Shown piece after piece: positions 58,676 through 64,000 of a stretch of DNA of 64,000 nt (position 1 is its first letter; each line of letters opens with the position of its first letter). The stretch is from positions 32,001 through 96,000 of the IMG/VR virus record IMGVR_UViG_3300003321_000691, one strand, 5' to 3'. The notes beneath the pieces were generated by a model that saw only the letters and a list, made by a program, of their open reading frames with translations, had not been told where the DNA came from and searched no databases. The DNA is from a virus. The position numbers and the translations under genes were made by a program.

Positions 58676-60220
58676 ATGGGTAACGAGAAACTTGCTCCGA
58701 ACATGAGCCCCGCCTCTGCGATGGCGGTGGCGACCTCTGGCGCCCCGACGCCCACGGAGCAACAGCTCCTCAGCGACTACCGGGTCCTGCTCACCAAGTA
58801 CCGCAACGTCGAGCACGAGGCCATTCACTACCGCGTCATCGCCGAACAAGGCGACGCCATCCTCAAACGCCTGGAGAAGGCCGCGCACCTGCTTGGTGTC
58901 GTGGTCGCGGTTCGCGGCGAACGCATGACGATTGTCCAAGGCACTCAGGTCATGGACATTGGCTACCTCAAGGACGCCAAGGTCGGCGACACGGTCACGC
59001 TCCTGCCCGACAGTATGCAGGCCCTCACGATCGTCAAGGATGCCCCGCCGTCCGCCACGGTCGCGACCGCAGTCTCGACGGCCAAGGACGGCCGCGTCGA
59101 GGTCAACGCCGATGGCGTTGGCCGGCGCCTGGCCATCTGCCAGGTCCCGTGCGATGCGGGCGACCGCGTGCTCACCGACCTCTCGCTCTCGGTCGTGTTC
59201 GAGAACCTCGGCAAGCCCAAGAGCCTGCTCACGTTCGAGAAGTCGACCGGCATCACCTGGGACGACATCGGCGGCCAGGAAGAGGCCAAGCGCGTCCTCC
59301 GCGACGCGATCGAGACCCCAGTCAAGCACCGGGAGCTGTACACCAAGTACGGCCGCAAGCCGACCAAGGGTATCCTCTTGGACGGTCCTCCCGGCACCGG
59401 CAAGACCCTCCTCGCCAAGGCGTCGGCCACGGCGCTCGCCCGCGTGCACGGTCACGAGATTTCCCCCGGCTTCATCTACGTCAAGGGGCCCTCGCTGCTC
59501 TCGAAGTGGGTCGGCGAATCGGAGGCCTCCGTCCGCGCCATCTTCGCCGCCGCTCGCGAGCACGCCAAGGAGCACGGCTACCAGGCTCTCGTCTTCATTG
59601 ACGAGTGCGAGGCCGTGCTCGGCAAGCGCGGCAACGAGCGGTCGGGCATCCTGACCCAGACCATGGTCCCGCAGTTCCTCGCGGAGATGGACGGCCTGGA
59701 CGACAACGGCCCGCTCATCCTGCTCGCCACCAACCGCCCCGGCGATCTCGACCCCGCGATCGTTCGCGAGGGCCGCGTCGACCACAAGGTCAAAGTGGGT
59801 CGCCCAGACCGTGCCGCGGTCGAGCGCATCGCGCAGATCCACCTCAAGAACCGGCCGGCCGCGAGCGGCACGTCCGCGGAGGAGCTGGCCTCTGCCATCG
59901 CGGCGCTCGTCGCGACCGAATCGGTCTATACCGTACAGGTGGGCCAGCACGAGGTCCCGCTCCGGCTCTTGGCCTTCGCCTCCGGCGCCATGATCGCCGG
60001 CATCGTCGAGTCGGCCTCCGAAGCGGCGCTGCACCGCGACGTCGCCTCTGGCGGGTTCTCAGGGATCCGCATCGAGGACATCAAAGCGGGCGTCAAGCAC
60101 GCCATCGACAACCTCACCAACATCGACCCCACCGAGGCGGTGCTGGAGCTGCTGCGCAGCAACGAGGAGTTGTCGGCTGCCGCGAAGGAGACGCCTCCGA
60201 GTGTCAAACTGGTGAACTAA
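58676..60220 (+). CDS. ARC/Mpa-like AAA+ ATPase
   Basis: coiled coil, two OB-like repeats, WDDIGG, GPPGTGKT, KGP.LL.KWVGESE, FIDE, VPQFLAEMDG, TNRP..LDPAI.R.GR.D, SGAMI. Confidence 0.85.
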   Translation: MGNEKLAPNMSPASAMAVATSGAPTPTEQQLLSDYRVLLTKYRNVEHEAIHYRVIAEQGDAILKRLEKAAHLLGVVVAVRGERMTIVQGTQVMDIGYLKDAKVGDTVTLLPDSMQALTIVKDAPPSATVATAVSTAKDGRVEVNADGVGRRLAICQVPCDAGDRVLTDLSLSVVFENLGKPKSLLTFEKSTGITWDDIGGQEEAKRVLRDAIETPVKHRELYTKYGRKPTKGILLDGPPGTGKTLLAKASATALARVHGHEISPGFIYVKGPSLLSKWVGESEASVRAIFAAAREHAKEHGYQALVFIDECEAVLGKRGNERSGILTQTMVPQFLAEMDGLDDNGPLILLATNRPGDLDPAIVREGRVDHKVKVGRPDRAAVERIAQIHLKNRPAASGTSAEELASAIAALVATESVYTVQVGQHEVPLRLLAFASGAMIAGIVESASEAALHRDVASGGFSGIRIEDIKAGVKHAIDNLTNIDPTEAVLELLRSNEELSAAAKETPPSVKLVN

Positions 60221-60222
60221 CC

Positions 60223-61185
60223 ATGAATGACCAACTCAAGAAGCTCATCGGCACGAGCGTCCTGCCCAAGGACCGCAAGCCGACCGAGGCGCACCTCCCG
60301 CCCGAGGAGGTCCAAGTCGACGACAAGGGCGAGCCCATCTACAAGCGCTGCCCCAACTGCGGTGGGTACCACGGATGAAGCTCCGCGACCTCCCTGTCGG
60401 TGCTCTGTTCCGTTTCGTTCCCGGACCATCACCGACACATCCGAGCATCCAACTGACGCTGACTCTGATGATCGTCCCGCCGCAAACCGATGACTGGAAC
60501 GATCGCTACGCGTACGAAGCCGCCCACAAGATCCCAGGGACACTAGGCTACGCCTGGTCCGCCCGCCGCGACGGCGTATTCGGGGCGTGCGAGGTCAAGG
60601 ACGTGGATCTCATGTACGCCGATACAAACGATCCCCTGTACTCCAGCTGCGCTTGGGAGGTAGCCCGACTCGTCGGTGAACGCTCGCGCGAACCGAAGAT
60701 GGTGTCGTACCCGAAAGACCCCACACCGATTCTAGGCATCATCGCGGTCGGACGCGAAGCGCACTGCACCACACCGGACTGCGTCAAGCTCGGCACGACC
60801 GTCGAGCTGGGCGCCTCAGGCCTGTGCTACTGCTGTGGCAAGCCACTCAAGCGTGGTGAGGGCCCACCACGGGTGACGATCAGCATTGGATGAGCTAGCT
60901 GCACTCGCATCCTGCCGCCTCCACCTGTGGTGGCTGACACGCCCACTCGCGCGGCCGGGTGTGCGTGTGTTCAGAGACGGCCTCCGCGCATTCCTGGCCG
61001 CGGACGTCCGCCGGCAGCTTCGTCACGTGGGTATCTGGGGCGAAGGTGATCGCGTCGACGTGCGCGTCACCGCCGACGGGCACGCGATCATCCACTGGCG
61101 TCACGGCTCCGAGGAGCTGGGCGTCTCGCTGGTGGTGGAGGGGCTGGGAATCGAACCCGACCGCTCTCGCGGCACATCGGTTTAG
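60223..61185 (+). other. three small hypothetical ORFs
   Basis: 60223-60378, 60375-60893, 60886-61185. Confidence 0.45.
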
Positions 61186-61221
61186 CAAACCGCGCTAGGC
61201 ACCCGCACAGGCTGCCCCTCC
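61133..61221 (-). tRNA. tRNA-Ser(GCT)
   Basis: loop TT GCT AA, long variable arm, GTTCGA, CCA. Confidence 0.8.
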
Positions 61222-61245
61222 ATAGTTGACGATGATGACGACAGG

Positions 61246-61330
61246 TGGCGGAAGAGTTAGGAATCGAACCCGACCGTGAGGCAGACGCGGTTTTCGAGAC
61301 CGCCGGGAGCCCATGCTCCCCTACTCTTCC
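61246..61330 (-). tRNA. tRNA-Ser(CGA)
   Basis: GCGGT CT CGA AA ACCGC, long V arm, GCCA. Confidence 0.85.
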
Positions 61331-61337
61331 AAAATCG

Positions 61338-61409
61338 TAGCCGCGACGGGTGTCGAACCCGCCCCATTCGCTTGAAAGGCGAACCGCCGCACCGGCAGCG
61401 TCCGCGGCT
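61338..61409 (-). tRNA. tRNA-Glu(TTC)
   Basis: TTCGC CT TTC AA GCGAA; no encoded CCA. Confidence 0.75.
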
Positions 61410-61410
61410 A

Positions 61411-61481
61411 TGGTGGCTCCGGCGAGACTCGAACTCGCTCTCCGACGTTCGGAGCGTCGGGTCGGATCCATCCGCAGAGTC
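61411..61481 (-). tRNA. tRNA-Arg(CCG)
   Basis: CGACG CT CCG AA CGTCG; short D arm; CCA. Confidence 0.75.
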
Positions 61482-61482
61482 G

Positions 61483-61555
61483 TGACCCCGGCAGGACTCG
61501 AACCTGCTCACGCCGGTTTAGGGGACCGGTACGGCTCCTGTGCCGCCTCGGGGAC
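61483..61555 (-). tRNA. tRNA-Arg(CCT), C33
   Basis: CCGGT CC CCT AA ACCGG. Confidence 0.7.
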
Positions 61556-61556
61556 A

Positions 61557-61630
61557 TGGAGTGCACCGAGGGACTCGAACCCTACCCCACATCCGGTTGC
61601 AGCGGATGGCCAGGCCTCCTGGTAGTGCAC
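61557..61630 (-). tRNA. tRNA-Cys(GCA)
   Basis: ATCCG CT GCA AC CGGAT; TCCA. Confidence 0.8.
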
Positions 61631-61631
61631 A

Positions 61632-61705
61632 TGGTTCAGGCCGAGGGACTCGAACCCTCACAGCGCGGGTCAAAGCCGCGCGTCCTACCGTTAGACGAAG
61701 CCTGA
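61632..61705 (-). tRNA. tRNA-Gln(TTG)
   Basis: CGCGG CT TTG AC CCGCG; CCA. Confidence 0.9.
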
Positions 61706-61709
61706 TCGT

Positions 61710-61784
61710 TGGAGCCCAAGCCGGGAATCGAACCCGGACCTCATCCTTACCAAGGACGCATGCGACCATCGCGACTGCAAGGGC
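61710..61784 (-). tRNA. tRNA-Thr(GGT)
   Basis: CGTCC TT GGT AA GGATG; CCA. Confidence 0.85.
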
Positions 61785-61786
61785 AC

Positions 61787-61860
61787 TGGTGGATCCGGAG
61801 GGAGTCGAACCCTCATCGCTCGGTTGCGGGCCGAGCATACGCCCGTTGTAATACGGACCC
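61787..61860 (-). tRNA. tRNA-Ala(CGC), C33
   Basis: CTCGG CC CGC AA CCGAG; G3-U70; CCA. Confidence 0.8.
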
Positions 61861-61861
61861 A

Positions 61862-61935
61862 TGGTGGAGCCGGCGGGAGTCGAACCCGCATCTACGCGCT
61901 GCCAGCGCGCCGTCGTCCCGCTGGACCACGGCCCC
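61862..61935 (-). tRNA. tRNA-Ala(GGC)
   Basis: CGCG CT GGC AG CGCG; G3-U70; CCA. Confidence 0.9.
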
Positions 61936-62039
61936 ATTGTTCCCCGCTTCCGACCAAACCGGCGCCCGCGACCTCGTCATTGGAGAGTTTCAAGCTCTCC
62001 GACATGTCGCCATGACCCCGGCAGGGCCCAGGGTGGGCG

Positions 62040-62114
62040 TGGCGGTCCCGACCGGAATCGAACCGGCCTATGACGGTAGACAGCCGCCCATCCTCACCAG
62101 AGGATTACGAGACC
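62040..62114 (-). tRNA. tRNA-Asp(GTC)
   Basis: GGCGG CT GTC TA CCGTC; GCCA. Confidence 0.85.
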
Positions 62115-62117
62115 AAT

Positions 62118-62184
62118 TGGCTTCGGCCGAGTGCCGACGTCTTACCGCCAACACCACGCTTGCGTCCCATTCCTGGGAACCGAA
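62118..62184 (-). ncRNA. CCA-ending tRNA-like RNA without anticodon loop
   Basis: 7-bp TTCGGTT/GGCCGAA stem plus GCCA; three internal hairpins. Confidence 0.45.
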
Positions 62185-62189
62185 TTCGT

Positions 62190-62735
62190 TTATGCTTCTA
62201 GCTCGCCCGTCCAGTAGAGGAAGTCCCGCCACTGGTCCGGTGTGCTTGTCTTGGAGAGCTGAAGGACTACCGCCGGCAAATCCACCGGCTGCCTCGGCTG
62301 CTTGAGCAGCTTCATGCCCGCCTGGGCCGGCGTCCGTCCCGCCTTCCGCGCGTTGCACGGCGAACAGGCCGTCACGATGTTGTCCCAGGTCGTCCGACCG
62401 CCCTGCGAGCGCGGCACAACGTGGTCGTAGGTCAGCTCGCTCATCGTGTGCTTCTTGCCGCAGTACTGGCACGTGTAGTTGTCGCGCCCGTAGATGTTCA
62501 CGCGCGAGAACTTCACCGGCTTCTTGTGCCGACGGAAACGGCGGAGGAGACGAACCACCGCCGGAATCTTGATCACGAGAACCGAGCTGCGGGCGAAGCC
62601 ATCGTACTCGGAGACGATCTCGACTTTGCCTTGGAACCACAGCGCGACCGCGCGGGTCCAGTGCACTACCTTCAGAGGCTCGTAACCCTGGTCCAGGACC
62701 AGCGTCTGCTCGTTCGTGGCGTACGTGGCTGTCAT
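62190..62735 (-). CDS. HNH endonuclease
   Basis: FSR.NIY.RD.YTCQYCG, LTYDHVVPRSQGG.TTW.NIVTAC..CN.RK. Confidence 0.9.
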   Translation of the reverse strand: MTATYATNEQTLVLDQGYEPLKVVHWTRAVALWFQGKVEIVSEYDGFARSSVLVIKIPAVVRLLRRFRRHKKPVKFSRVNIYGRDNYTCQYCGKKHTMSELTYDHVVPRSQGGRTTWDNIVTACSPCNARKAGRTPAQAGMKLLKQPRQPVDLPAVVLQLSKTSTPDQWRDFLYWTGELEA

Positions 62736-62764
62736 GACGGTTTGCTCCTGTTCTCGTATTGTAG

Positions 62765-62840
62765 CGGGGTAGTGGACGGGGATCGAACCCGCCTGGACCG
62801 GTTCACAGCCGGACGTCCTCACCAGAAGACGACCACCACC
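62765..62840 (-). tRNA. tRNA-His(GTG)
   Basis: CCGG CT GTG AA CCGG; G-1/C73. Confidence 0.85.
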
Positions 62841-62841
62841 A

Positions 62842-62926
62842 TGGTTGCGGGAGCCAGGACTCGAACCTAGCGCTGGTCTAGCCGTTGGGGTATGAGCCCA
62901 ACCCGCCGCCGTGGCGTGTTCCCGCA
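62842..62926 (-). tRNA. initiator-like tRNA-Met(CAT) with enlarged variable region
   Basis: TTGGG CT CAT AC CCCAA; ACCA. Confidence 0.7.
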
Positions 62927-63000
62927 TAGTCCCCCGCGCTGGACTTGAACCAGCAGCCAACCGCTTATCGAGCGGACGCTCTGCATTGAGCTAGCGAGGG
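62927..63000 (-). tRNA. tRNA-Ile(GAT), C33
   Basis: CCGC TC GAT AA GCGG. Confidence 0.8.
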
Positions 63001-63006
63001 AAGTCG

Positions 63007-63079
63007 TACGGAGCGTGGGAATCGAACCCACCGCAAGCAGTTTGTAGGACTGCGATCACCCCCAGGTGGTCTGCTCCGC
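63007..63079 (-). tRNA. tRNA-Val(TAC), C33
   Basis: GCAGT CC TAC AA ACTGC. Confidence 0.75.
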
Positions 63080-63080
63080 A

Positions 63081-63154
63081 TGGTCGAGCTGGCTGGAATC
63101 GAACCAGCACTGGATGCGTCCGGGGCACCCCGACTGCCAATGTCTTTCAGCTCG
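63081..63154 (-). tRNA. tRNA-Pro(CGG), C33
   Basis: GGTGC CC CGG AC GCATC; CCA. Confidence 0.75.
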
Positions 63155-63155
63155 G

Positions 63156-63228
63156 TAGCGAGCGCCGGAATCGAACCGGCCACGGGCGGCTTATGGAACC
63201 GCTCTCACCTCCGGGTGAGCTGCTCGCC
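63156..63228 (-). tRNA. tRNA-Met/Ile2(CAT), C33
   Basis: GCGGT TC CAT AA GCCGC. Confidence 0.75.
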
Positions 63229-63229
63229 G

Positions 63230-63303
63230 TGGCACGCCGCCTAGGATTTGAACCCAGCCGCTTCTGTTTTGGAGGCAGAGCCGTGCACCAGCACGCGCGA
63301 CGT
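63230..63303 (-). tRNA. tRNA-Trp(CCA)
   Basis: loop CT CCA AA; GCCA. Confidence 0.8.
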
Positions 63304-63304
63304 A

Positions 63305-63379
63305 TGGTAGTTCCGAGAGGAGTCGAGCCTCAGCCGTCAGCGTTCGTAGCGCTGCGTCCCCAATCCCGGGAGCGGAACC
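63305..63379 (-). tRNA. tRNA-Arg(ACG)
   Basis: CAGCG CT ACG AA CGCTG; CCA. Confidence 0.8.
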
Positions 63380-63386
63380 GTAACTG

Positions 63387-63461
63387 TGGTGACCCATGCG
63401 GGGATCGAACCCGCCTTTGCGACTTGAGAGGCCGCCGTCCACACTAGCTGACTCATGGGCC
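63387..63461 (-). tRNA. tRNA-Glu(CTC)
   Basis: GCGGC CT CTC AA GTCGC; CCA. Confidence 0.85.
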
Positions 63462-63462
63462 G

Positions 63463-63539
63463 TGGCGCACCGTACTGGAATCGAACCAGTCTCATCCGAC
63501 TTAACAGGTCGTCGCAATCGCCAGACATGCCACCGGTGC
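63463..63539 (-). tRNA. tRNA-Asn(GTT)
   Basis: CGAC CT GTT AA GTCG; GCCA. Confidence 0.85.
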
Positions 63540-63544
63540 ATTCG

Positions 63545-63617
63545 AGCCTCGCGTCGGAGTCGAACCGACCACTGCCGCATTACAAGTGCGGTGCGTTCCC
63601 GCGGACGCCTGCAAGGC
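63545..63617 (-). tRNA. tRNA-Thr(TGT)
   Basis: CCGCA CT TGT AA TGCGG. Confidence 0.8.
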
Positions 63618-63619
63618 AC

Positions 63620-63693
63620 TGGAGCCCACACCCGGAGTCGAACCGGGACCGGCGGTTTACGGGACCGCTGCACGACCATCGTGCTGTGAGGGC
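63620..63693 (-). tRNA. tRNA-Thr(CGT), C33
   Basis: GCGGT CC CGT AA ACCGC; CCA. Confidence 0.8.
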
Positions 63694-63806
63694 AAAAGAC
63701 GAGCGAAGATGGAAGCGAGCGTGTTTGCCGGGTACCGACCCAAAGCCCCGAGTTGAACGGGGCAGGCCCTTTTATCAGAAGAGAACACTCGCTAAGGCGG
63801 CTCGTC
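63694..63806 (-). ncRNA. structured RNA with long terminal stem and T-arm mimic (Y RNA-like?)
   Basis: GACGAGC/GCTCGTC and AGCGAG/CTCGCT stems; CCCCG-TTCAACT-CGGGG; 3' TTTT. Confidence 0.45.
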
Positions 63807-63811
63807 AAATC

Positions 63812-63887
63812 TGGAGCGGACGACCCGAATCGAACGGGCCTGAGACGGTTTGGAAGACCGGTGGTTCACCTTGATACCTACGTCCGC
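63812..63887 (-). tRNA. tRNA-Gly(TCC)
   Basis: CGGT CT TCC AA ACCG; TCCA. Confidence 0.85.
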
Positions 63888-63973
63888 GTGGCGGCTTCTG
63901 GGATGCCACGCTCCCACGTTCTCGACGCTCGCGCATCGAGACCGCATCCGGGTAGTCCCCGGCATTTCTACCG

Positions 63974-64000
63974 AGCGGGCGACGGGAATCGAACCCGCCA
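63974..64000 (-). tRNA. 3' part of a tRNA, probably Gly, truncated by window end
   Basis: GCGGGTTCGATTCCCGTCGCCCGCT. Confidence 0.65.

Noticed and set aside
58676-60220. AAA ATPase as a sigma54 activator
   Set aside because: No GAFTGA loop; classical-clade AAA motifs.
61483-61555. Amber suppressor reading (CTA) of the loop CCCCTAA
   Set aside because: The 7-nt loop centres on CCT (Arg); CTA requires an off-centre register.
61982-62000. tRNA-Sec-like TCA loop on the + strand
   Set aside because: No T arm or acceptor stem, and the array is on the - strand.
61088-63874. ORF-track proteins over the tRNA array
   Set aside because: Explained by tRNA genes; only the HNH ORF is credible.
1-64000. 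Genome-wide stop codon reassignment suggested by the many tRNAs
   Set aside because: TAG, TGA and TAA all end genes at natural coupled junctions (e.g. 3230, 10591), conserved genes are not fragmented, and no suppressor tRNA is seen.

Overview
A 64 kb piece of a GC-rich, apparently lytic contractile-tailed phage genome. No integrase, terminase, CRISPR array or rRNA is visible in the window. Layout: (1) 1-8.1 kb, + strand, replication and nucleotide genes (SSB-like, HD nucleotidase, family A DNA polymerase, MTase, oligoribonuclease, RuvC-like). (2) 8-41.7 kb, - strand, late block: ECF sigma, lysis, baseplate, tail, head, MuF and portal. (3) 41.8-48.3 kb, - strand, and 48.5-61.2 kb, + strand, small early genes transcribed from a repeated TTGCG(G/C)-17-TAyGTT promoter, including rIIA/rIIB and an ARC/Mpa-like AAA ATPase. 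(4) 61.1-64 kb, - strand, an array of 24 complete tRNAs plus one partial, an HNH gene and four non-tRNA structured RNA candidates. The main signal is in the head module. Portal, MuF and a neighbouring ORF are polyproteins in which a repeated tag (R-x-D, then [D]-[YF]-D-x(3-4)-[PA]-R-D-x-x-G-[RK]-[WF]) precedes four unrelated cargo domains: a RelA/SpoT synthetase, a PI3/4K/HipA-like kinase, an ADP-ribosyltransferase-like domain and an unknown domain. A Mesh1-like HD hydrolase with its own promoter and other candidate antidotes are interleaved. This suggests a protease-released, virion-packaged effector system. Also notable: sigma54-consensus boxes antisense at late gene starts, and 7 tRNAs with C33. 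All family assignments come from motif recognition by eye, not from database searches.
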